From: Dictyostelium discoideum | Lineage: Eukaryota | Direction of reading: 5' to 3' | Assembly: GCA_000004695.1 (NCBI GenBank) | Contig: CM000150.2 | Location: 1,600,001 to 1,664,000 of the forward strand | Length of the DNA: 64,000 nucleotides | Shown: positions 53,922 through 64,000 of the stretch, in pieces | Position numbering within the stretch: the stretch's first letter is position 1 | Layout of the letters: each line of letters begins with the position of its first letter | Translations under genes and position numbers: made by a program | Notes under the pieces: generated by a model | What the model was told of the DNA's origin: nothing | What the model saw: the letters and a program-made list of their open reading frames with translations, nothing else | Databases searched by the model: none

Positions 53922-54403
53922 GAATCTTAATTTCTTTTTTTAGAAAAAAAAATTCTTTTTTTAAATTATTTAAAAAAAAATAAAAAAATAAAAAAAAAAT
54001 TTAAATTTAAATTTAAAAAATATATTAAAATTTAAAAATTATAATTGAAACAAAACTAAAAAAAAAAGGTGATTAAAAAAAAAAAAATTGTAGTGATTGT
54101 TGGTCAATATTTTAAAAAAGAAAAAGGGGGAATTTCAAAAAATTCAAAAATATTACAGTTAAAAAATTTTACCTCCTTTTTTTTTAAACTTCACAAAAAA
54201 ATTGGATTTTTTTTTTCTTTACTTTTTTTTTTTTTTTTTTTCCTTATCATCAAAATATTATATTTTTTATTTATGAATTTAAACACACCAAATACTTATC
54301 CATAATTTTACAAACAATTTTTATTTTTTTTTTTAATTTAATTAATTAATTTTAATTAAAAAAAATCAAAAAAAAAAAATTAAAATCAAAAAAAAAAAAA
54401 AAA

Positions 54404-56400
54404 ATGAAAGATTATATTTCATCTCCTTTATCTCCATCAAATAAAAAGATGCCAGATAATCAAAAGTAAATATCCAAAAAATAAAATAAAAAACTTTTAC
54501 TTTAAAATAAAAAATAAAAAAAAACTAATTTAATAAATTTTTATGTGTAGAATTTCACCAACAAATACACCAATTAGAAAAAAGTTATTTGAAAATACAC
54601 AATCACCAATACATTTTATAAGTAATAATAATAATAATAATATTACAACGCCAGCTAAAGGATTGGCATCAGTTATTAAATTTAATAGTAGTAATTATGG
54701 AAATCATCATCATCAACATCATCATCAACATCATAATAATAATAATAATAGCACTGTTTCAGGCAGTGCCATTAAACAACATTTAAATAAATCAACATTT
54801 TCCACAAGTGGTACAACATTAACTTCATCATCAGATGCAATCTTACTTCCAGAGGATAAAGTTCCAATGAGTGTATACCTTCGTATTCGTCCACTCTCTA
54901 AAAAAGAAATTGAATCAAAAGAATCAAATTGTTTCACTGTTTTAAATACAACCTCTGTATCTATCAAATCATCAAGATCTGATTCTGATTCAAATAAATT
55001 TTCATTTTCTTCGGTTTTACCACCAAATACAACTCAACCACAACTATTTAAGTATGTAAAATAATATTAAAAAAAAAAAAAAATAATAAAAATAATAAAA
55101 AATAAAAAACTAATATTTCTTCTCTTTTTTTTTTTTTTTAATAAAAATAAAAAGAACTATTACACATCCATTAATTCAATCATTTTTAACTGGTCATAAT
55201 GTACTATTATTGGCATATGGTGTAACAAATGCTGGTAAAACTTATACAGTTAGTGGAAGTAAACGTAATCCTGGTATTATTCCAAGATCATTAGATTTAA
55301 TTTTCAAAAGTATTCCAAATAATTGTTTAAAAAAAACTGAAAATTTAACATTAAGTAATAATAATAATAACAGTACCAATAATAATAGTAAAGATTCAAA
55401 AGATATATTAGCTGATTCAAGTGATGATGAATATACAAAAGTTGATAATATTGATTCAAGTGATGAAGATGATTCAAATGCTAAAATTAATAGTAACCTA
55501 TTAGAATCATTTTCAACAACAAATACTACAGCTACAACAAATGCAGCAGCAGCGGCATCATCAACAACAGCAACATCCAATGGTGATGTAATTCAAATAT
55601 CAGACCAATTTAATTACTCAATTTGGATATCATATTATGAAATTTATAAAAAGAATATATATGATCTTTTAGATGATTCACCATCATCAAAGAAAAAACA
55701 ATCATTAAAGATTGAATCTGATAATTCGGTTGTTAATATTAAAGGTTTGAAAGAGATATTGGTATCAAGTGTAGAGGATGCACGTGATATTGTTGAACAA
55801 GGTGAATCCAATAGAAAAGTTGGTGGCACTAAATTGAATGCCACAAGTAGTCGTAGTCATGCAGTACTCACAATTAAATTATTTACATCACCACGTCATA
55901 TACCGAAATCCGATATTCATCCATCCCAAATTCGTTGTAGTAAACTTTGTATCATTGATTTAGCTGGTAGTGAACGTGCATCACGTACTGAAACCACTGG
56001 TGAAACTTTTAAAGAAGGCTCAAGTATTAATACATCTTTATTCACACTTGGTAAATGTATTGAAGGTTTAAAACAACAAGCATTACAACAACAACAACAA
56101 CAACAACAACATTCATCAAAAAGACAATCAATCCATCATAGTAATCCAATACCATGGAGAGAATCTGATTTAACTAGAATTTGTCAAGAATATTTTTGTG
56201 GTAATGGTAAAGCATCAATGATTGTAAACGTTTCACCAAGTTCATGTGATTCTGAAGAAACTCTAAATGTTTTACGTTTTTCTGCAAGTGCAAAAGAAAT
56301 TACAACTCTTTCAAAAATTAAACCAATGGTTTTTCTACCACCACCACCAACAACACCTTCAATTTCTTTAAAAAAAAGAAAATCAATGGAACAACCAATA

Positions 56401-56440
<40 letters not shown>

Positions 56441-58305
56441 CATATTACAATATAACACAACTTCAAAATTCTGTAAATGAAATTAAAAAGAAAATTCATT
56501 TAGATAATTTATTAGCAGTTGGTCAATTACCAATAAGTAATAATAATAATAATAACAATGGTAAATTTGATTATATATCAATGGAAAAAGATCAATTATT
56601 AGATCAAATTCAAATTTATCAAAAGAAATTATCAAATTATGAAATAAAATTTGTTGAATCAGAGGTAACATTACGTGAAGAATTTAATAATGAATTAATA
56701 AAGAATTATATAGAATTGGAGAATCAATATAAGGAGAGATTAGTTAAAGAATCTCAATTAATTCATGATAGAGTTCAAAGTAAATTATCATTAATTAAAA
56801 ATGTAAATATTAATCAAACTAATAAATTAAATTGTAAAATTGAAAAATTGGAATTACAACTAGAACAACAACAACAAAAAACCATGGAAGCTAATAATAA
56901 AGCTTTGGTTATTGTACCACAAACTAATAAAAGAACTGATGATGAATGGATAATTGAAATCACTGAAGTTCAAACTGAAAGAGATAATATTCAAAATAAA
57001 TTAAATTCTATACTTTTTGAATTGGATGAACAAAGACAACATAATCAATTCTCTCTTGAAAGAATCCAACAATTTACATTACAAACTGAACAATTGGAAA
57101 TTGAAAGAGAGAATCTACTAACAGAGATTGAATCTATGCAATCCAAAGGTCAAGAATTAATTAAATTGAGAGAATTGGAAATGATGCAATTAAAAGAATC
57201 AATGAATTCCGATGCTCAAAAAGATCGTGAAAATTTAGAGATTCAACATAATTTTGAAACTTCAAATCTAAATAATCAATTACAAATGGAAAGACAAGAG
57301 AAACTACAAATTATTGAAGAAATGAGAATGTTGAAATTAGAATTACAGCAATTTAAATCAAATCAATCAATTGAACAACAAAGAAATAATAATTTAATTA
57401 AAAATCAATATTATAATCATAATCATCCAACAGCAGCAACAGCAATGACAACAACAACACCACCAATAATGTCAACACCACCAATAATGTCAACACCAAT
57501 AAAGATTTCATCAGTTGGTAAATTTAAAGCAACACCATCAAAATCATTAATTAAAAATATACTTGGTGCTCATTCAAATTCTCCATTTAAAAATGCAAAT
57601 ATTGAAAGTTCAGTTGGTGGTGGTTTTAAAGTTCAATTGAATATTCCAGGATCACCAATTCAATTAGCACCTGGTACTCCAAACTCTATTCAATCTCAAA
57701 CTCCTGATCGTCCAATACTAGATCCAAATCAATATAGTGATAGTGGTCTATTGATGCAAGAGATCGATGATGATGACTATTTAAATATTACTGGTGGTGG
57801 TAGTGCTAATGATGGTAATTGGACCGATATAAATGTAAATGATGATAGTGCCTCTGAATATGATGATCTTAACTCCTCTTCAAAATCTTTCACTAAAAAA
57901 CCAAAGAAAACTAAATCCTTTGGCACCATAAAAAGAATTAAAGCAGTCGCTATGATCCCTGCTAATATCGCTTCCTCTGCTTTAAATTCTAGTACTACAA
58001 ATATTGATGAAAAAGAAAAATTAGAAAAATTAGAAAAATTGGAAAAAGAAAAAGAAAGACTAGAAAAAGAAAGATTAGAAAAAGAAAAAGAAAAAGAAAG
58101 ATTAGAAAAAGAAAGAGAAAAAGAAAAAGAAAGACTAGAAAAAGAAAGAGAAAGATTAGAAAAAGAAAAAGAAAAAGAAAGAGAAAGATTAGAAAAAGAA
58201 AGAGAAAAAGAAAAAGAATCAAAACCAAAAGTTGTTAAAAAAACTACATCCTCTTCTTCTATTATATCTAAAAAACCTTCCTCAAAAACAACTTCTTCTT
58301 TAACC

Positions 58306-58387
<82 letters not shown>

Positions 58388-59091
58388 CAATTTCACCAAT
58401 TAAAACTGTACAATCACCAAACTCACCATCTCCAACTAAACTTCAACCACATTCATCACCAAATACAAACGCTAAAGAATATTTTAATCTTATGAATCCA
58501 CAAGTAATTATTCATTTTAGAGAACCAGAAACCAATTTTGTACCATCTGTCACTGCCAATACAACAACTTCAACTTCAACCTCAACCTCTAAAAGCTCAA
58601 AGAAAACTTTAGACTCTTTAAAAGATACTCCTAAAAAGATTGCAAATATTTTCTCTTCAAAATCTTCAAAAGAAAAAGAAGCTTCCACCTCTAGTAAATC
58701 CTCTTCAAAAATTAGTTCTTCAACATCAACCACTTCAACAGCTCCAAAACTAAAGAGATTTGCAGCAATTACTGCAAGTCATTCAATTGAAAATGGTTCA
58801 GAATCTTCACCCATTGAAGTTGACACTCCACCAAGAATAACTAAAAAACCTCCAGTACCAATTGTTTCAAAGGTTTCATCTAAAAAAGTTTCTTCCTCCT
58901 CCTCCTCCACTTCCTCCTCCTCTTCTTCTGCCGCCACTATTAAGAGAGTAAGAAAAATTGTAAATGAAAAAAAGAATTATTTAGAAGATGACGATGATGA
59001 TGTTATAACCAAAATGGCAACAGAAACTCCACGTAAAACTTTAGGACTAAGACCTCGTAATTTGATTTCACAACCAATCCAATTTAGGTAG
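54404..59091 (+). CDS. Kinesin-6-like motor protein of about 1480 aa (possibly kif12-like) with an N-terminal extension, a large insertion in the motor core, a central coiled coil and a Ser/Thr/Lys-rich tail. Proposed exons are (54404..54465), 54551 (or ATG 54543)..55051 and 55155..59091.
   Basis: Motor motifs present are [14 protein letters not shown] (P-loop), [15 protein letters not shown] (switch I) and [15 protein letters not shown] (switch II). A GTATGT donor at 55052 and an AAAAAG acceptor at 55153-55154 (phase 2) join the track ORFs 54543..55064 and 55210..59091 through [17 protein letters not shown]. An optional upstream 62-nt ATG exon ([26 protein letters not shown] donor at 54466, TGTAG acceptor at 54549-54550) is in phase. 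A long loop insertion (NCLKK ... [12 protein letters not shown]) lies between the P-loop and SSRSH, as in kinesin-6. An (EKEKERLEK)n repeat is coded at about 58000..58210. Confidence 0.65.
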
Positions 59092-59127
59092 AATGATTTT
59101 AAAAAAAACATAATTACATATATAAAT

Positions 59128-59159
<32 letters not shown>

Positions 59160-59360
59160 TTTAAACAAAACAAAAACAAAACAAATAAAATAAAAAATTA
59201 AAAATTATTTCTTTAAAAAAAAACTAATATATATATATATATTTATATATATATATATTTGATATATCTCTTTTTTTTTATTGTTTATCCTTTCTTTTTA
59301 AAATTTACAATTTTTATATTTTCTTTTTTTTTTTTTTTTTTTTTATTTATTGAAATAAAA

Positions 59361-60037
59361 TTAATTTTTTTGTTTTAATCTATTTAATCTTTCGGTTAAT
59401 TCATCGGTTTCACCTTGTTGTACTTTTTCGGAAGGTGCTGAACCCATTTGCATACCAACATTTAAACCATGTTCATCGGCAACTTGTGAAATTAAAAGGT
59501 CTACTTGATCGGCTGGAGTTGAAAGTGTAGTAGTTTGATTCATTGCATTCTCTACATAAACTGATTGTACATCTAAATCTTCGAATTGTCTTTCGAATTG
59601 ATCCATAACTTGGGTAATCTTTTCTAAATCCATATTTCTCATTGATTTCTCCATTGATTTAACAATGTTTGCCATTGAACCTGTAACTGATTTCATACGA
59701 ATTGCAGTTTCAACTCTACTTGCAACTGCATCAATTCTTGAAGCTAAACGTAAATAATTTAAACTTTGATTCTTTTCACGAATTGCATTTTGTGCATATA
59801 TTCTAGCGCCATCCATATTACCTTGTTCTATTGCTTTCTTTAATTTTATCTTTTGTGCTTTTTCACTTTGTTCTGATTTCTTTGATTGTTTTTCTAATTG
59901 TTTTGATGTAAATTTTAATTGAAATAATTGATCTAAATACAAAATATAGAAAATATAAATATATATATAATTAGATTTATTTATATATTTTTAATAACCA
60001 TATATAATATATAATATATATATAACTTACTCTCCAT
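59361..60037 (-). CDS. ESCRT-III subunit CHMP1/Did2/Vps46. Proposed exons are 60037..60031 and 59932..59361.
   Basis: The product [76 protein letters not shown]...LTERLNRLKQKN aligns along its length with CHMP1A/B (MSNMEKHLFNLKFAAKEL ... IKKAIQKGNMEVARIHAENAIRQKNQ ... LSQRLARLR). An ATGGAGA micro-exon is followed by a GTAAGT donor at minus 60030-60025, a 98-bp intron and a TATTTAG acceptor at 59934-59933 (phase 1). Confidence 0.75.
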
Positions 60038-61539
60038 TTTTTTATTTATATATTATTTATTTGTTTTTATTTATTATTTATTTTTTATTTTTTATTTTAA
60101 GTTTTCTAATTATGATTATATTATGAAAAAGATATTAAATAAATATATATATAAAATGTACAATTAAGTTTGTGATACAGAGGAATTTTTTTTTTTTTTT
60201 TTTTTTGTTAAAAAAATATTCTCAGTTTAAATTTTTAATAATATTTAATTAATTTTTTAAAAAAAAAAAAATAAAAAAAATAAAAAAAAAAATAAAATAA
60301 AAAAAAATAAAAAAAAATAAAATAAAAAAAAAAATAAAAATTATTGAAAAAATGGGATTTTATTACCTCAAAAAATAGGTTAAAAAAAAAAAAGAAACCA
60401 AGAAAATAATTAAAAATAGATATATTTATATTTTTAATGTAGCATTAAATGATTAAAGAAAAAAATATTGATAATAAAAAAAAAAAAAAATTAAAAAAAT
60501 AAATAATAAAAAAAATTTTAGGATTTGAGGAATTTTTAAAACAACATTTTTCATAATATTTTATTACAATTAATACAACAACTTTAATAATTTGCTAAAT
60601 ATCCATGTTCAAAGGATAATAAAAAATAATATATCATTTATACATTATTATTATGTTGGTTTCCAAAAAAATATTGGATATTTTTTTTTTTTTTTTTTTT
60701 TTTTTGGAAAATTAATTTAGCCCAAAATTGTTAATAAAAATAAAAAAAATAATAAAATAAAAAAAATTAAATTAAAATTTTAAAAAAAAAATTTTGCGCA
60801 GTGAGTCATAAAAAACATCAATTTTAATAAAATTTGCAGGCAATTAGAAACAAAAAACGATCAATTCACATAATCAAAAAAAGTAATAACAATCTCATTT
60901 ATATAAAAAAAAAAAATAAAAAATAAAAAATAAAAATAATACAAACTGAATAATACTGAAAAAGAGAATTTAGGTTTATTTTTTTTAAAAATAAAATAAA
61001 ATAAAATAAAAAAAAAAAAAAAAAAAAAAAAAAAACTTTTCCAATTTAAAAAAATAATAATACGGTTAGATGCCATTTTCATTATCTTTTCTTTATTTAG
61101 TTCTACCAAAAAAACCTATTTTAAACTAAACCATAGTTTTTCCAAATTGATTTTTTTATTTTTTTTTATTTTTTTTAATTTTTTTTTTTTTTTAAATTTT
61201 AATTTTTTTTTAATTTTTTTTTAATTTTTTTTTTTTTCCACCGAACGATTTTTTTTTTTCTATTTTTTTTTTTTTTTTTTTTTTTTTTCTTTTCTTCAGC
61301 GTTTAAACATACACACTTAAGAGGTAGGTTCTTATTTTTATTTTTCAAATAAAATATTTTTTTTTTTTTTTATAAAAATAAGAAAAAAAAAAAAAAGAAA
61401 ATAAACAAAAAAAAAAACAAAATAAAATAACAATCTTAACACAACCAAAACATGACACCTGGAAAAAGATCTCACGACGAGTACGAAATATTTGAACCAA
61501 AATACAAACACACTATTTATATATTTTTAAATAATCATT

Positions 61540-61570
<31 letters not shown>

Positions 61571-62229
61571 CTCTATATAAAATTATAACCACACTGTCAC
61601 ACCAAATAGAAATAACAATAATAATAATTTATGATAAATTATTATTATTATAAAATAAATAATAAAATGTTTAAATTTTGTGTTGTTGTCAATAATTAAA
61701 AATAAAATAAAACAAAAAAAAAACAAAAAACCTTATTTTCATTTTAATCATTAAAATAAAAATCTGGATAACAAAAAAAAAAAAAAAAAAAAAAAAAAAT
61801 AAAAAAAAAATAAAAATAAAAATAAAAAAAAAAAAAATAAACACACATACAGTCAACATAAAAACAGTCACAATATTCTAAATTTATAATATGGGTTATA
61901 AAATGACCAAAGAATTTTTTTTCAGATTATTTGGATGTTGCGACACCCATTGGAATATTTATTATTTATTTTTTTTTTTATTTATTTTTTTTTTTTAAAA
62001 AATAAATCTTGTTTAATTTGGTATAAAAAGAATTTTTTTTTTTTTTTTCTTTTTATTTCAAGTTTAACTATAATACATACAAATAATATAGTAATAATAA
62101 TATCCCACATATATATCATATAAATTATTATGTAATATGAATTTTATTTTATTTTTATTATTTAATTTTTAATTTTTTATTTTTTTATAATTATTTTATT
62201 TTTTTTATTATTTATTTTATCATAAACAA

Positions 62230-62271
<42 letters not shown>

Positions 62272-62306
62272 CATACTAATTTTTTTTAATACATATTTAA
62301 AATAGA

Positions 62307-63602
62307 ATGACTAAATTACACTACAAAGTTAAAGATATTTCACTTGCCGCTTGGGGTCGTAAGGAAATTGAAATTGCCGAAAATGAAATGCCAGGTTTAA
62401 TGACCTTAAGAAAGAAATATGGTCCAGCTCAAATCTTAAAAGGTGCTCGTATTGCAGGTTGTTTACACATGACTATCCAAACCGCCGTTTTAATTGAAAC
62501 TTTAACTGCTCTCGGTGCTCAAGTCCAATGGTCATCATGTAACATTTTCTCCACTCAAGATCAAGCCGCCGCTGCCATCGCTGCCACTGGTGTCCCAGTC
62601 TATGCCTGGAAAGGTGAAACCGAAGAAGAATACAACTGGTGTGTCGAACAAACCATTGTTTTCCAAGATGGTCAACCATTAAATATGATCTTAGATGATG
62701 GTGGTGATTTAACCAACCTCGTCCACGAGAAATACCCACAATTCTTAGCTGGTATCAAAGGTATCTCTGAAGAAACCACCACTGGTGTCCACAACCTCTA
62801 CAAAATGTTCAAAGAAGGTAAATTAAAGGTCCCAGCCATCAACGTCAATGACTCTGTCACCAAATCCAAATTCGATAACTTATATGGTTGTCGTGAATCT
62901 TTAATCGATGGTATTAAACGTGCCACCGATGTTATGATTGCCGGTAAAGTTGCCGTCGTCGCTGGTTACGGTGATGTAGGTAAAGGTTGTGCTCAATCAT
63001 TATCAAAAATGGGTGCTCGTGTTTTAGTCACTGAAATCGATCCAATCAATGCCCTCCAAGCCTGTATGGATGGTTACCAAATCGTCACCATGGAAACCGC
63101 CGCTCCATTATCAAACATTTTCGTCACCACCACCGGTTGTCGTGATATCGTCAGAGGTGAACACTTTGCCGTCATGAAAGAAGATGCCATCGTTTGTAAC
63201 ATTGGTCACTTTGATTGTGAAATCGATGTCGCTTGGTTAAACGCCAACGCCAAAAAAGATACCGTCAAACCACAAGTTGACCGTTACACCCTTGCCAACG
63301 GTGTCCACATCATCCTCTTAGCTGAAGGTCGTCTCGTCAATTTAGGTTGTGGTACTGGTCATCCATCTTTTGTTATGTCAAACTCTTTCTGTAACCAAAC
63401 TTTAGCTCAAATCGCCCTCTGGACTAAAACTGAAGAATACCCATTAGGTGTCCACTTCTTACCAAAGATTTTAGATGAAGAAGTTGCTCGTTTACATTTA
63501 GATCAATTAGGTGCTAAATTAACTACCCTCACTGAAAAACAATCCGAATATTTATCAGTTCCAGTCGCTGGTCCATACAAAGTTGATCACTACAGATATT
63601 AA
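62307..63602 (+). CDS. sahA: S-adenosyl-L-homocysteine hydrolase (adenosylhomocysteinase), single exon, 431 aa
   Basis: Full-length SAHH. It shows the NAD-binding [13 protein letters not shown], the catalytic region [11 protein letters not shown], the C-terminal PYKVDHYRY and the canonical N-terminus [32 protein letters not shown]. Codon usage is GC-richer, as is typical of highly expressed Dictyostelium genes. Confidence 0.9.
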   Translation: MTKLHYKVKDISLAAWGRKEIEIAENEMPGLMTLRKKYGPAQILKGARIAGCLHMTIQTAVLIETLTALGAQVQWSSCNIFSTQDQAAAAIAATGVPVYAWKGETEEEYNWCVEQTIVFQDGQPLNMILDDGGDLTNLVHEKYPQFLAGIKGISEETTTGVHNLYKMFKEGKLKVPAINVNDSVTKSKFDNLYGCRESLIDGIKRATDVMIAGKVAVVAGYGDVGKGCAQSLSKMGARVLVTEIDPINALQACMDGYQIVTMETAAPLSNIFVTTTGCRDIVRGEHFAVMKEDAIVCNIGHFDCEIDVAWLNANAKKDTVKPQVDRYTLANGVHIILLAEGRLVNLGCGTGHPSFVMSNSFCNQTLAQIALWTKTEEYPLGVHFLPKILDEEVARLHLDQLGAKLTTLTEKQSEYLSVPVAGPYKVDHYRY

Positions 63603-64000
63603 AATCTTTTGTTTAATAAATATATAAAACTTTTTTAACAAAAACTTTTTAATATCTTTTGTTTTTTAATTTTATTATTTATTTATTAATATCACTTAGT
63701 TTTAAGATTTTAAATATAATTACCATTATACAACAATTTTTAATAAAAAACTATTCCAACAAAAAATTAAATAGCTTTTCCACTATGAAAATAATTTTTA
63801 TTAATAAAAAAGTAATAAAATAAAATGGGTATAAAAACCAAAATAAAATTAAAAGGTTTTTTTTTATTAATTCCATAATGTTAGAAAATAATAAAATTTA
63901 ATTTATTTTATTAAAATTAAATTATTTATATATTCTTGGAATCTATTGTTTTTTTTTGTTCATTTTGACCTTTGATATTTGACATCTAGACTTGAATAAC

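Noticed and set aside
57777-58733. Leu/Phe-rich and Ser/Phe-rich minus-strand ORFs (57777..58307, 57995..58228, 58512..58733), together with other antisense ORFs (1116..1376, 16429..16632, 20127..20333, 30230..30628, 30569..30844, 46302..46729, 48095..48289, 50134..50346, 54731..54967, 55242..55844, 56483..56671, 62473..62739)
   Set aside because: They are antisense or off-frame to well-supported genes (the kinesin EKEKER repeat, sahA, acpA and others) and are composed of repeat-derived low-complexity sequence.

Overview
The window is an AT-rich (~22% GC) eukaryotic nuclear segment, almost certainly Dictyostelium discoideum. The evidence is two unmistakable orthologues with Dictyostelium-type sequence context: the F-actin capping protein beta subunit Cap32 (acpA) and S-adenosylhomocysteine hydrolase (sahA). 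The rest of the sequence is consistent: poly-Asn/Gln/His coding microsatellites, very AT-rich short introns with GTAAGT/GTATGT donors and AG acceptors, homopolymer-rich intergenic DNA, and tRNA genes carrying a downstream external B box. I found about 22 protein-coding genes. Most have one or two short introns that the six-frame ORF track misses, including start-codon micro-exons of 6-8 nt and several small terminal exons. The track also shows GTG and TTG starts as M, so its N-termini are often not real ATG starts. There are three tRNA genes: two identical tRNA-Pro(UGG) copies and one tRNA-Asn(GUU). A full-length TRE3-type non-LTR retrotransposon sits about 105 bp downstream of the first tRNA-Pro, flanked by a 15-bp target-site duplication. 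A 5'-truncated solo 3' end of the same element family, flanked by a 17-bp duplication, lies downstream of tRNA-Asn. Recognisable protein products are a JmjC protein, a GT1 glycosyltransferase with a 24-His tract, a Dis3/Rrp44 exoribonuclease, a GT10 fucosyltransferase fused to a LamG/ConA-like domain, a PrxQ/BCP peroxiredoxin beside a bacterial-type dCTP deaminase, an ASPIC/UnbV FG-GAP protein, an Rpb7/RPA43-like subunit, an AAAP-type transporter, a kinesin-6-like motor and CHMP1. No prokaryotic defence system or CRISPR array is present. The observations most worth a second look are the tRNA-targeted retroelement insertions, the adjacent pair of prokaryote-like genes with introns, the domain fusion, the unannotated exons and a few GC-rich non-coding islands.
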